Shown: positions 13,556 through 29,024, numbered from the stretch's first letter. The stretch is 64,000 nt of DNA from Octopus sinensis (GCF_006345805.1 NC_042999.1:99882001-99946000); one strand, 5' to 3'. Translations and numbers: made by a program. Notes: a model not told the origin generated them from the letters alone.

Positions 13556-14136
13556 TTGCAACATGTTAGACATAAAATGGGACTGAGGCCAATTCAAAAT
13601 AATATCAATATTGCCCTATGGATGTTTCGATTCAACTTTTTCTCGATATTCTCGTCCATTTAATATAGATTTAATTTCAGAAATATGGAGGTAGATATTT
13701 TTCTTTTTTTTAATTATTCTTTTCTTTGCTTTTGCAAGAATTTGTACGAATCCGATAGCTAGAGAGAGATAAATAGATGTTATTTCTGTTTCATGCTTCC
13801 GAGGGAATATATATTATGTGTGTGTGTGCGTGTATGTGTGTACATGTATGTATTTATGCATATATATATATTTATATATATATGTATATATGTATATCTA
13901 TATGCATATATACATTTATATATACACACACAGATATAAGTATAAATATTTACGCATATACACATACACTTATACATAAATATATTTATATCCAACTCGC
14001 TATTTCTAGTTTCCTAAATATTCCGCTCCTCAGCCTTCTCTCCTGTTTAGCTTCTTTACTTGTAGGTGTCCGTCTTCATTTATGCCACTTTTATTTCACA
14101 TACACACATCACACACACACACACATACATACATAT

Positions 14137-14206
<70 letters not shown>

Positions 14207-14289
14207 ACACATGTATATAAAGATAGATAAAGAGATAGACAGATAGAAATATAAAGAGATATAGATATGTGCGCATATATATATATATG

Positions 14290-14391
<102 letters not shown>

Positions 14392-14552
14392 CGTACATAC
14401 ATACATATACATATAATTCATATTTTCTAGACAAGCGTCTCACAACAACTGTGAGACCTCACTGGAATCATTCAAAGATGCAGACAAGAATATATATAGA
14501 TGCTTCTGTAGACAAATGTATATATACATATAATATATATGCATGCGCGCAT

Positions 14553-14597
<45 letters not shown>

Positions 14598-14911
14598 TGT
14601 GTGTGCGTGTGTGTGTGTGTGTGTGTGTGCGTGTGTGTGTGCGTTCGTTAATGTCAGCTTGTAGGTATATTCTTGTCTGCATTTTTGTGTCATGTATGCA
14701 TAGTGATATATTTTCCTATATTTTCGCTTTGAAGATATATGTAAATATACTGACAATTTAATGGAGCAAATGAAGAATCGATTAAATACGATTACTGCAA
14801 TATGCAGCGATTCTATTGTCCCAGCTAATTTGAAACATATGGAAGGTAAATACACAGTCGGTAATGCATCTTCATTCTTTGTTTTCCTTACATATACATA
14901 CATACATATAA

Positions 14912-14968
<57 letters not shown>

Positions 14969-17900
14969 TACGTTTATACATACTATATATACATATATAC
15001 ATACACATACAGATACACACCTACATACACATACAAACATACATACACGTGTGTGTGTGTGTAGAAATATAAGTTTATTTTAGCAGAAAAACGGTATATC
15101 TATTATCATGCTTTCGATATCTTTGGGGATGAATTATGGAGCCTCTTATGTTAATCGTAGAATATATTATAGTAGTGAATGGCAGTAGAACTCGGTGGTT
15201 AACTTATCGTTGACATCATACTGTGTCCACTTCTCTGAGAAGTGAATTGTAACTTATATAATAAAGATTCCACTACGACTGTTTTTTAAAATCTTTACTG
15301 TGAATTTCAATTGTGAGGCATCCACATTCAATAGTACCAGTTTATCTGTCACAAATAGGTTAGAAGCATTCAGTTATTCTGCTGATTTTCTCTAAACCTT
15401 CCGCTGAAATTTTGCCTGCCATAGTAATGGACAAAATTCAGGTTCCTGTCTCAATCCATTAAAAAGAAAATAACCAACTTTTTTTTATTTACCGTCACTC
15501 CTACTAAAGAAGGGGCGAACATAAGCCACTTACAATTTAATTTACTCGTGTGATTCCAAATGCTAGAGGACTGTAATTGGCTTCAACGAAGCTGAGGTCA
15601 GTACATATGCGATAAACCTATCCTCTATATTTAACTACATAAGCGTTAATATATGCAATTGCCTAGATATGAATTTTTGTAAAATTTTAGGTGGTTTACT
15701 AAATATCCATTTAAAACTAATCTCGTAATTTGCATACATGCAGATGCTCAGAATGACATTTAAACGTCTCATTATCTAGTTATATTTCAAGATTAAATGA
15801 ATATATTAAGAATGATAAATCCATGGTTTGTTTCAGGGACGCGAGTACATTTAATTGTATATTGTAACGCTGTATTAATGATTTTAATACTCGACGGTAT
15901 GAAATTCACTCATAGTTTAAGTGGATTCATCCTTTTATGAGATATTCACACTGTTTTAATTAAATACAGTTTCATTGTTTCCAAACAAAAAAGCTTATAC
16001 AGTTCATGTGTTTGTGTTTTTGTTTGTGTGTGTGTGTGTCTGTGTGTTTATGTGTATGTGTATGAATATGTGTGTGCGTTTGTGCCTGTAGGCGTGTGTG
16101 TGCCTGCACGTATGTGTGAGCATGTTTGTGCTGTGTGAGAGTATAGGTGTGAGTGTATCTGTGTATGTAAAAATCATGCACCTCGTAGGTGTGTGGTTTC
16201 CAGTTCCGGCCCACAAGCGCGACACACTGGACTAATATTTTCAACAATAGCCTACTATATTACTATATATACATGTATATGCATAGACATACGTCCATAT
16301 GTTTCATATCTAGTAGTCTATCTATCTATCTTTTACTATATTATGTATATATGTATATACAAATATTTGTACTTGCATACACACCCACGCACGCACGCGC
16401 GCGCAAGCACACAAATACATATCTACATGTACGTACTTATGTATATGCAGTTCTGCATATATAAACAAAGAGAAGATATAAGGAAGGGAAGTGGAAAGGA
16501 TGTTGGGGATTGGAGGATTTTAAAAATTTCTATGCATGTTGTTATACTTTTGCAGGAAATTTCTTTTTAAGCCAAATTTTATGTTCGGTTTGCATGAGTT
16601 ATCCCAACCAATGCGTCAGTCAGCACATCTCAGATGAATCAGCTACTCTATCAATTCAACCTCGAAAATGATTGATTTCACTAAATGTTAAACCTATAAA
16701 AATATCTCATATATCATGTCTTCTTGACCTAAAATGTTTAAAGACAGGTTCATGTATTTAGAATTGCTATTTGTATTATATTTTACAGGTGCGCAACTTG
16801 ATGCCCTATTTTATATATTTCAATAGATATACAATATCTACTAGTCTTTGATATGGACATCATAATTTATGGAATAATATATATTCCTCTGTTATCATTA
16901 ATTCCCCAGATACATGATACTACAAGAAGCAATACAGAAAATTAAATGTTCCGTTTTTTTTGTTTTGTATTTTTGCTTTTCCGTTCAAAATTTGATATTA
17001 CTATATCCTTCTGAGAATGATCTCAAAATATAAGAAAATCTCATTGATGTTCCGTATCAAGCTTCTCTCAAAGAATATATATTCTGTTAATGCATTCTTA
17101 TGCGATAATACTACCCGTCTATCTTCGAAGTAATCCTAAATGAATGCTATGTAGATCGTCTTTGACACTACATCGAACCATTTAGTGCTGTTTCTTCAAT
17201 GAACAGTATCAATGTGCAAAATGTTATTATCAATATAAATATTCTACATATTCTTAAAAACAGATTTATATATTTACATTTAAGTAACTTATAAGCATAT
17301 GTTTTGATTTGATTGTCTTCCAAATGTCATTAGTCGTGATTCGCAGTTGATTGTGACATTTTGATTTGTATAGCTTTGCCTTTAAAACTGCTATTTCACT
17401 ATTTCCTGGCCACTTTGTGCATAAAGATTTCAGAACTGTCCCACTCACCAGAAATTGTCTGTTCGAGAGAAATTATTTTTACCTTCCTTCCATAATCAGT
17501 CCGACACGCTGTAGGTTTAGGTGATATTTTTATTTTAAGGCAGATAGAATATGAATGTTAAATACTAATATTCATATCATTTTAAATCTTTAATTATATT
17601 TTGAAATTTCTTCTCAAAATCCGACCAGTTAAACTTGCATTCTTTACGATTGTTGAAACTTAGCGAAACGAAATAATTTGTCAAAGCCTAATAAAAGATA
17701 TTTGATTACATCATTGAAGAGGCAAAGTAATATTAAATGTTGATATATTGTTACTTCATTGCATTGCTTTATATTCTTTTTCGAAACATTCTAATACATC
17801 TCAATAAATGGCAGCGTGAAACTCAATTCATTCCACTAATATTACCATTTGTTTTTAACGAGATTGGTTCATTATTATTTGAAGGCTCAAATTACTTTTC

Positions 17901-19020
17901 ACATATTTTCAGTATATGGTAATTTTATATTTATTTCATGATTTCATGGACATTTGTCATCCCGAGATTTTCCAATATTAAGCCATGTCTTGTCGTATGC
18001 AGCATTCTGACAATTAAAAATAATCTATTTGAGTTCTGAAAATTACTTCTTTGTTTCCCATTATTTTATAAATTAAATAATTGAAGAGATGATTTGCAAA
18101 TGTTATCTAAATATAAATTGTTACCACTATTTAAACGTAGGTCTTACTCCTGATGGTACCATGTGGGTACAGTCATGACGTACGGCGAGAAAAATTACAG
18201 ACAGTTCATATTAATAGAATATGTTGAAAGAATATCCGAATATTTTTTTCATAAATTACTTATTCATAATAATGAGTATTTAGAAGATAGTTTCTTATAA
18301 GGAAAATATAATAGCTTATCATATTGCCGTGTTATAAACATATTTTTACATATTATATATGGGCGCCGAAGTCAATCAAATGTTGGCTCAAAACATATCA
18401 AGGATATCCAAAATCTCCATGGATAGCAATCTATTATTTCCACTCCCGTAGCTATGTGATTTTTCTTTACTTAATACAAATGGGTCAATTGAAAATTGAA
18501 GCTGACTGGTTTTCAAGTAAGCCAGTGTTACAGAGCTATAATTTCTTGTACAGCTTTAGAACTCACACGTTCTTACTGGTACGATGCGAGTTAAACATAT
18601 TTATATGATGCCAAACAGAAAAAAAGTCCAATCTATATGTTCTTTAATAATTGCGCTAAATTATTTATTTTGTGTATTCATCTTCTCAGTAAAATATTTC
18701 CAACAATGTATTTTTATAATATATGGTTCATTTTTCTTATGCTAGTCTGAAACAAGTTTGTGAATACATCATAAATGTTCATAATTTATTTTTCCACTAT
18801 TTTTATTCGTAGTCGTACTTTATTTGTGTGTATTTTGTCAAATTCGCTAATCTTATATTAAGTGTAAATCCCATTCCATTCTATCTCTTAAAATATCCGA
18901 AAGTAATGTGATGAATCTTAAGAAACGTAGTAGTTGACATTTTGAAATTTAATTATTTGTTTGCTTTATGAAATATGATACAGTGTTTTAAAAGTCAGAT
19001 TGAAATAAACATTCCTAACG

Positions 19021-19434
19021 TCAACAGTAGCAAACAGCTTTATGGCTATGCTGACCATGTCTGCCAAAATAATCTTGATCAAGTAAATTTTAACTGACAA
19101 GATCTGCTTGCCCGCTATACTCGGTTTGCTCTCAGGTGTAATACTCAGTACAAAATTCTGGTTATTTCAGGATCATTATTGTTTGGTACTTCGCTAAAAT
19201 GAAACAACTCAAACACATGTAGTGACATTTTAGAAACGTTATATGATGGTGTATACCAATCTAATTCATAAGGTTCAAAATCTGCCTGCTGAAAGTGTAC
19301 ATTGCTCGGTGATAAATATTTTCGGCTTGCACCAGCATTTTCATTTGCTTTTGTTGATATCAAAAGCGAAATGAGTAACTTAAAGAGCAATGAAATTCAC
19401 TAAAATTTAAAGACAACATAAGTGGGCTTTTGTG
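19021..19434 (-). pseudogene. Ankyrin-repeat array relic (about 4 units)
   Basis: Successive frames give KSPLMLS.., DINK/ANENAGAS..YLS..NVH, ADFEPYELDWYTPSYNVSKMSLHVFELF and NLLDQDYFGR..HKAVCY. The third unit follows ADVNxxDxxGxTPLHxAAxxG spacing, and W, S and V are each one substitution from G, L and A. Confidence 0.55.
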
Positions 19435-22400
19435 TTAAAAGTGATGCTTTCTATTTGTTTCAAAATTAAATTGAAAGCATTTTATTCTAACTTCTTCAAT
19501 GAAATAACGCAAATAGAATATTAATAGTCTGATATTTTTTCTTACAATATCTACATAAATGTATTTCAGTTTAATATAAGTACACTTAATTATTAACTTC
19601 AACAATACTTGTCTCTCAGTTGTTAGCAATAAATTAAAATCTGACTTTGAGTCAATTTTTGTTTTCAATGTATAGAATATGGAAAGTTCAAAGCAGCTTG
19701 CTATAACTAGATGGGCATTATCAGCTGTACAGTTGACTACGTGATATATTCGCGTGAAGCTTCACGCATTCTGGTGACATGTATCTTACAGTATATTTAT
19801 AATATATTTATATGGATTTTAAATCTTCCCATATGGTATATTGAATGAATTGCTGCGATATTATAGATGCTCATACAATATGATGATTAGCTTGTATGAT
19901 AGGGTCATACGAGATGTCCGTATAAACTGATCATTTGACGTCCAATATCCAATATCTCACGAGAGCCTATTAAAAATGCAATTTCTAAATTTATTGTATC
20001 AACGTATATCAAAACATGGATTACTTGGGATATTATGTATTTTCTTTTCCCTTTATTTTGAATTATATTACAAGTGACATATGTATGAAATGATATTAAC
20101 CTTAGAAAAATTAATGGGAGAAGATTAACGAATTCTTATATATGTTGATATCTGCTGTAGCCTTGCGGATTCCGAAGCAATTAACCTGAAGTTACAAAAC
20201 AGAAAGGAACTAGAATTTGAAAATATATAAAATTGCAGGAAACAGTAATAAACTTTGAATCCCCTTAACATGTAAATCTAATAACCATACTTTGAATGTT
20301 TTAAAATAGTATTTCATTCATTATTTTCATATAGCAGTTATTAGAAAAAGGATTACGTTGCAAAGAGTAAAATAGAGATATGTTGTGACAAAGATTCCCG
20401 TAAAATGGTTGAAATTCAATTGAATATCATGACATAAGTAATTTATTTGACATTATACTGTGTAAAGTTCGGAATGCATTCAACAAATGGAAAATGTTGC
20501 AAATAGATATTGTAAGTTGTAAGCTCGTAAATTTCATTTAGATCATTAAATAAAAGTTTTATATTTGCATTTTCTTGCAGAAAAAAATATAACATCTAAT
20601 GCGAAAGTCTAGTAATTTTAAAGATTTCTATATGATTTCGGTTTTATTGAATATTTGTATGTTATTTCCAATATATCCGAATACTGAATCTTTCTAGCTA
20701 CTAACAGTGCGAGCGAACGCTACACACAAGATTGTGGAGAAAGAAGACGAGCTGTGATATTAACCATCGTGTCAGGATACGTTCCTGCTTTGGCAAATGT
20801 CACTATTTTAAGATAGTACCAATATTATATATATGAATATTTGTCTCTGAACCTAATCATGCTGCACGGCAATCGACAAAATTGTTTAGTGAAATTCCTT
20901 CTTGAATAATATATTTCTATTCGATGAGTCAGACAAATCAGGTATCTTTATTTGCGCTGTTCAAAAATCAACGATTTATTATATCGTTCAGGAATCAAAA
21001 GAAGTTTAATGTTCGTCCCAAATATTTAGAAGTGTTTCTACATAGAATGCTCTAAAATATATCAACAAAAATCTTATTATAATACTTTAACGAACGAAAT
21101 ATAATGTTTGATTGACCTATAGATAGTGATACGTTAATTCATACGCCATTTACAAGTAAGCACAGTTTTATTCTGCTGTTTTCATCCACAAGAATATGTA
21201 AAATGTAATTTAGAGGTGTCTTTTTGTATATAGTTCTAAAGAAAGTAAATAATTCTAAGATCTGAAACTTTTATGATCAACAGTTAATGAGTACGCCTGT
21301 TTTGCGTTTATTTTAAATCTCATGAAATATAAATTTATTGGAGAAATTCACTAATTTAGTTTTTCCCTCGTTTTATAGCGCAAATTATGAGACCGTTCCC
21401 TAAAATATAATAGATTTACATATTGGATATTGTTTTGAGTATTATCATATTAAAGAAAGAACGAGAGCATTAAGGAGTAAATAACCTTGGGGTCCTTTGA
21501 AAAGATTACCAAGATTATTTCTTGAGACGGAGTAAATGAATCTTGTAATTCAACAGACCAATGGGAATGGTTTTAGATAATTTTATGAGATCACTTTACA
21601 ATATTTATATAATATTACTGACTCTACCACATGAAGTAAAAGAGAAAAACAAGTACTAAATTTGGTTATTAGTGCGAAGGTACTAATCTGTAAGAAAAAT
21701 AGCAAAATTTGCAAAACTGAAATATATAAAGCACAAGTCTCCTTGGAGATAAGGTACTTTGTGATATCTCTGTGCAGGTAAATGGAAGCAACAACTCACG
21801 CAATTACCTTCACTTGCCCTAGGCCACTGTTAACAGCCCGGCAAGAAATAACGTAAAACTCGTAGAAAACGAAAATATTATTTATAATAATAACAACTAC
21901 TACAATAAAACAATAACTGCAGCCACAAGTAGGACAACAACTATAATAATGATAATAATAATTATAACAACAAGCTGTATGTCAAAACAAGGAAGGTATT
22001 GAGAAAGCAACTCTTGAAAGTAAGATCTTTTAATATATATCTGTAAACACTACCAGCATTAGAAAAATTAGGGCTTTCGATTTCTTAACAATACATAAGG
22101 TCTCTTAAAAGTTCATCTACGCTACTTACTATAGCATCTATTATATTACACGCAATATATTTGGTCTTCTGTAAAATCCCTCTTATTTAAACATTCAGTC
22201 AGCATTCATTATGTGCTATCGTTTCATTCGAAAGATCTATCGTTTTTAAAATGCCGTATCACACGCAGCAATGGAATGCATAGACTGATTTATAAAGAAT
22301 ATACCTATTGACGAAATTGTATGCTTTTCAGTATTGTATAGCTTGCTTTCACAACTATATCCTATGTTTGATAAAATCGCATTAATGTAACAATCACAAA

Positions 22401-24729
22401 ACTTCTTTCACATGGTTTTAGATGTTCTTTATTGTTGATAACTAAGTCATTTCAAACCGTTTTCCGCCGATGAAATTTTCCTTGGATTTTATAGTATATA
22501 ACTTATCTACTATAATCTCTTTCCTACGATATAATAGAGGCTATTTAATGTATCCATATTAGCAACACAATGGAAGTAAGCAAATAAAGGTATGAAGGGA
22601 AAATATATGTTAAGCAGCCTGCGGTCGAGTAAATGTAGTTTTAGATATCAGAGAAAGTATAAGTTTTATTTTTAAACATAACTTTAAAGTTAATGTCATC
22701 TATTTAGAAAATATTTCGGTTATATGATTCATCCTCGTTCATAAGATTTTCTGCATTTATTGAAAGCAAGTTGTCACTTTCTTCAATGAAGTATCTGAAA
22801 GTAAATAAAAATGTGTTCAATTAAAAACCGACATGTTAATATTTGCATTTCATCTTCGCATTCGTATTATACTGCCTGACTTATCACTAATGAAAAACAT
22901 TCAGTTCACTAATTATATTGTTGATACTTAGTGAAGACTTATTCCCAACAGACTTGAAATTTATATTTAATCTTTCTGAATTAGTTTTTGTTTCGTATTT
23001 ATTTTTATTACTTCTTTCAGTCATTCTTTCTAACACTGCTAAGCCATATATAAACATCACTAGCAGGCATAAATGATTATATGTGCGTGATTTCAAACCA
23101 CGTTATATTTGTAAGAGTGCATGCACAAATAAAACTTTGTTATGCATGAATATAAATTGAAATTTTGTTACTATATTTAATTATATTGCTCTAAATTATA
23201 TATATATATATTTCACGTTATGTACTATGTTATGCTATATTTATATACTTGTATATACATATACACTATTTACTTTTTCTGTAAAATAAATACATTTTTA
23301 AAATAAAAGCTATTAAACATTTATTACTCCGTGGTTTAAGATTTATTTATTTTTGAATTATTTCATTCATTGTTTTCCTAAATGTTCTAAAGCATTTTAA
23401 ATATCAATTTTTAATTAAGGCTTTATATATATTTTCATAAGTGCCTGAATATCTTTCAATATGCACATTATGTTTTTTAATCCATAGAAAACTCTGCTCC
23501 TTTTGTAGATAGATTTCATGAAATTAACTTAAACAAATGCATAAATCCACTGAGAAAAGGAAGAATATATCAAGGAATTACTTGTCCCTGTTTTGATGTG
23601 TATGAAATAATTTTTTGAACACTGTGAATAATATTCAGTGAAGTGATTATCTTTGGAAACTAGATAATAATTCACAGTATTACTTTCAAGCATGTTTTCT
23701 TCCTCGCAACATATTTACATAAAAAGGATGAGCTACTTTCAGTGCATGAGAAAGTTACAATCTAGCAAAGCAATTGTTGTGACTGGTATATTCAGTATTC
23801 GTGTAGCAAAATATCTCTCATGACCCTCCATAAAGTAATAAGTTTTATCGAAAAATGGAACCAAAAATCGTGTAACTAAAAGACAAATTTCTTTGTCTCA
23901 GATATATGTGTGTCTTGCATATTTGAATATTTTTTGTTTATTTCATCATCTGGTTAAAATCTATTTACTAACTACAATATAAAAAAAAGAATGATTGCTG
24001 TAAATCTGAGAACATTTTTAAGATTGCATTTCGTCAGGAAAGATTGTTTTGAAAATGGTCAACCATATTGGCCCAAGAAAAAGTTTCAGATGCGAAATTA
24101 ATCTGCTACTCTATTACTACGATTTCATTGCATGAATTTCTCGGTGGAATGGATTTCTTGACACGTGGCTAATCATATAAAGATTTTCTGGAGATATGTT
24201 ATAAATGTATTTTTAATGATTTTCGAGAACCTGTGTTTTATAGGCATCGAGGATGTTATTGTCGAAATAAGATTTAATTACCAGAAATTTTTCGGATAAC
24301 TATGAATTTATTCAAATTCAATATCTTTAAAATACTTCACTGAATTACATCAGCACAAAAATTCCGAGCTTCAACTCTGCTGCTTTTAACTTTTGGCTGT
24401 TTTTTAATAAGTTACTGAAATACATTTAAAATGGCAATAGCTATTGCTTTAATACAATTTTTATTTAACCAAGATTAATGCGGAGAGTAGGTAGCAATAT
24501 CTTGAAATTAGTAGAGCTGTACCGTGCTCGTTTCTGGGGCATATATTAATCTTAGTGACTGGACACGTTTAATACAGTAATCTTCATTTGCACGACTGTA
24601 CCATAGAAATAATTTAAAAAATAGTAGTTTGTAATCCCTGTTTATATACTTGTAGCTTTGTGATATCCAGAGACATTCCATTGAAAATGCGGTATTGAAT
24701 TTTGAATAACATTATAATCATGTTGCTGT

Positions 24730-25499
24730 ATATATTTTATGTGGACAGAGCATGCACGGGGAGAAGAATAATTTCATATGCCTGTTATCTAGTGCATTGC
24801 CAACCTGCAGTACAAGCTTGTTTTGATGATCATTCGACGGTCTATTGGTGTTCAGATTGGACAATAGCTAAATTAAATTTGTCTTACGAGAGAGAACTAC
24901 TTGCACATTCTTGTCGGTGAATTACTTTCCGTCTGCCTCGAGGCACTCTCTTTAGAGAGACACAAGTTTCTAATAATAGCATTCAAACTCTCTCATGTAA
25001 ATAAACTTGGCTTCAAATTTTCGCCAGGCGTGCATTTAAGATCGCCAAAAGTACCAACATTGTAGTGGCTAGTCCGTTGTCTAATGGAAAGGAAATATCT
25101 TTGTTACATCATACAGGGATGCTGAATTGAGATTTACATGCACTATTTCGATACTATTTCTTTCTCTGCAGAAAGTTAGTTTGCCAGGACACTGCAGCAT
25201 AAAGTAGCTAATATCATGATTTTTAATGTTTTTAATACCGTGGTTGTCACAAAATATTTCGATCTCTCCCTTTTGTTCTACCAATTATATGGTACATATA
25301 ACAAGCGAGTAAAATTCGATGTGGAACACGTCGCTTGCCTTATACCGCTATGTGATAATGAAATCATATTCGGTCTCTTTCCATCAGATTTCTTATGATA
25401 GTACATTGTAGAGGCTTCGTTGTAGAAGTACAAAAGACATAGCAGAAAATAACTGGATTATTTTGCATTCCCGAGGCCTGTTGACGAAACGGCGGTGAT
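24730..25499 (-). pseudogene. Ankyrin-repeat-like relic behind a strong splice acceptor
   Basis: Acceptor TATTTTGTATTCTTTAG at 25500, then HRRFVNRP, NNPVIFCY, HSGIRQAT and LVEQKGEIEIFCDNHG in shifting frames. These echo FVNLP (10860), NQPLIFCC (8850), TGIRTA and DHRASLSLHCNQ (9930-10030). Confidence 0.4.
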
Positions 25500-27337
25500 C
25501 TAAAGAATACAAAATATTTCAAATATAATTGTTTTAAAAATTCTCTTCCTCTCGAAACTAATATGTGCTACTGTAAAGAAAAAGAACACAACTCCGAAAT
25601 TGGCACTGGAAATGTCTTTCTGATCCAACCAGAATCATCTTCGATGTAAATGCTTTGTTGAAGATTATTATCTTGCTTAATAGATTTCCGTTGATGTCGA
25701 TTTGTTTACAAAACATTGTTAATCTTTAAAAACTATACGAGTGATTTTTCTTTTGCTTATTTTTTATAAAATGCTCTAGCTGATTATTTCTTATAGTTTT
25801 GCTTCAAATCTGACAAGACCGTAGGCTATTAATTTACAGTTACACTCTGGAAGCATTCAAAATTTTAGAATCGAAAAAAAATAAAGATAATAATCAATTT
25901 TTAAATAAATACAATGGTATATTTATTTAAAGATAATCGACTTTCTCGTCACATATTTACTGAGTGATTTTAAAATATATTGAAGATTTATCTTTGAAAT
26001 ATGCATTCACAATAGATATTTTGTACGTATTGTTGATTATCTGCACACTTTAATATATCATAGTAACAACTGAACGCTAATTAGAGAAATATAGGAAATT
26101 GTTCGCAAGACTTTCTCCTTTTCAGAATACCTCTACAGAATAGATTCCGAATTTTACATCAAACCATTTGTGTAAATGAAATATATTTCTCATTTAACAA
26201 AGAAATGGATTATTAAAAATTATAGTTGATAGCTTTCAGCAACAACAGTTAATGTTTGTACCAGCATTTGAGGTACTAAAAGTAAATGCAACATAAATGG
26301 CTCTTCAGTTTGGAAAAGGATGACATGGAAATAAGTACCATCATTATTATTTCATCTGTCTCAAACCACTTATATAACACATAAGAAATATACGCTAGAT
26401 GTGAAAACGTAAAGATATGTTATCTCCTAGTTTACTATTCTTTCTGATATTAATTGTAATATACTAAATACGTTTTTCGTAATTTAATTATATTTCTCAA
26501 CATAAAAGACAATTCTGTTTTATTAGATTAACCTAAATATTTAGGTTAAGCGACAAAACTTCCATTTGCATGTTTTGAGTTAACATGTTTTTATATTTAT
26601 TTGCATGTTCGCGTATGTAACTTTTATTACGATCCGAATATCGACAGTGATAAATGAACAAGCTAAATCGCTTTCAAAACTTTCAGGGAATAGATGATAT
26701 GTGGCAAAGAGCAAAAATGACAGGATCTTTCTTGGTTAAGATTTTAATTGGCATTCGCACAACAAATGCATTTAATGTTTTATTGTATTTTGATAATATA
26801 TTCTTTATTATTTTCAACGCCAAAAAGAACAATTAATCTGCTTAATTCCAAGGATAGATGATTAATTCCAGCACGCATTAAAAATGATTTTAGACAACAA
26901 AAACTACATGCAAACTATAAAATCAGAATAAATTTATTTCAGTGATAGATAGCATTTTAATGACAGTGAAATACATGACTAAATATACAAAAGAAACTAT
27001 ATTTTTTCTTTTCTATGTTTATAGAGATTTTCGGAAGCCTCAGCAGTGTATTACGTCATGTATCTTTATAGTTTGCATACTTTGTGTTCATGTACCATAA
27101 CTTAGCATGAATTCTTCTCTAATCTACGTAGATAGGGAGGAACACAGGTGGTTGAAGCCCCAAAAGGTTGATTACTTAACAGCAATCACTCGCTTTTTGG
27201 AGGTAATATCTGTCTTTCACTCATGTGCTGTTCACAAAATGCGGCGTTATCAAATATTGGAATATATCTACATGCTGTTTCTTTCAAATCTTTTGCTGGG
27301 TACATATGTGAGACCCACTAATACATATCGAGACTGT

Positions 27338-27573
27338 TGTGTCGACGCCCCCAGACGATGAAGTAGGCCAGCCCAATACGTAGATATAGAGGGAGAAGTC
27401 TAGACGTCGAGGAGTTGAATAGAGGTCATCCGAACGTGCGACATAACAGTGGCGACGTGGATGAGATCCACTGTTATATCGCACGACCTCTACTCAACTC
27501 CTCGACGTCTAGACTTCTCCCTCTATATCTACGTATTGGGCTAGCCTACTTCATCGTCTGAGGCGTCGACACA
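27338..27573. repeat. Near-perfect 236-bp fold-back (inverted repeat), MITE-like
   Basis: TGTGTCGACGCC..GAGGTC (27338-27427) is the reverse complement of GACCTC..GGCGTCGACACA (27485-27573) with about 4 differences. An inner stem GTGCGACATAACAGTGG / CCACTGTTATATCGCAC closes a 15-nt loop. Confidence 0.95.
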
Positions 27574-29024
27574 GTAGAGACAAAAACAAAGAGAGAAAAT
27601 AAGAGACACAGGCAGTTGGTGAAGAGTTAATTTAGTAGATATTTGTCAAAATGCCTGGTAGGTATTTAGTTAAAGCATTTGCCTTCTATGCACTTTCATT
27701 TTTAAAACCTTCAATAGGTTAACAGAATTCGTAGAGCACCGGATAAAAAACCTTGTTTAAATTACTTGTATGCCTTTTCCTTCTGAGTGACTATCTCATC
27801 AACATATTTCTTGACTTTAATCCCCACTGCATTGGTTAAAAAGTTATGCCAAAAAACACTGGAAAAATACGATTCGGTGAATGATACTTATAAATGATAT
27901 TATAAATACATTAGTATATAATTTTCTACATTGGCAGGCATGAAATACTGGATGATGTCTAGTAAAATTGATAAAACCGAAGGCGGTTGGCCTCTTACTT
28001 TTGAAGAATCTATTCATATCACAGGACTACAGTAAATTATCTTGATTTTTTCTAAATCTAATAACATTAGTAGTGTGTCGTTATCGAAATAAAAAATACC
28101 CTTTCAATGAAAATATTGAAATATTCGCTGATTTTTTTGCCATGTTTAGATTAATAATTTAAAATTTCACGCGTTGATTTCTTCTTACTTAATGGGGAAG
28201 AAGTACGGATACACACATTGCATTTATCCTGTTTCGTTGTACAATACGTTTCATATTTGGACTTCTTAATAACTCCACTTGCAATAAGGTAGCCATTTAA
28301 TTTCCTTTCCTATTGAAGGTATCGTTGCACCCGTCACTTAGAAAATTATGAAATAAATTTAATCGACACACTGGAATCGATTTTGGCACAAGGTTTCGGT
28401 ACTATATCTTGTCTGAATCAGTCATATTATATTATTTTAATAGCTAATATCTATATTGTATGTCACACTCTAAGAGTAGATTTTAATTCATTCAGAATAT
28501 TATTCAAATTTGTCTTCATCACTACCATATTTATGTACATAAAATACACATAGAAAAAATATATTCAAGACCTCTTCACACAGAATAACTTAGATTAACT
28601 CAAAATCATTAATTATCGAAGTAATTCCAATAAAGATGAATTTTGATCTAGGTTAATGATGAAACATCTTCAAAAATAGATTAAATTTTATTAGTAATAG
28701 ATTATATATTCATGTTGAAATTTTTCCTTGATTATTGCATCAAATATTTACTGTAGTAGAAAAAGAATCCAGTTAATTATTTTGAAGCTGTTAATATCAT
28801 TCTCTTTATGTCATACATTGCTTAAGTTCTCACCGTCAAAGAAATTATTTCCTGTGACATTTATTTAATGTGCGTACATTTACAGAACGAAAGATAATAA
28901 TGATGTTGTGCATTGATATGTAATATCATGCCTAAAACATGTTTGTGGCTATGAGTTTCAATGAACACTTTGTTATACTGTGTAACATTTGAAACTCCTT
29001 CTTAAGATATAAAATCCTGATTGA

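Noticed and set aside
19752-19767. Perfect 16-bp palindrome GCGTGAAGCTTCACGC
   Set aside because: No Helitron CTAG end at the proper distance and no partner site; too short to interpret.
27338-27573. Cloning polylinker or vector artefact because of clustered 6-bp palindromes
   Set aside because: The arms carry natural-looking transitions and an indel, and the site order matches no polylinker I recognise.
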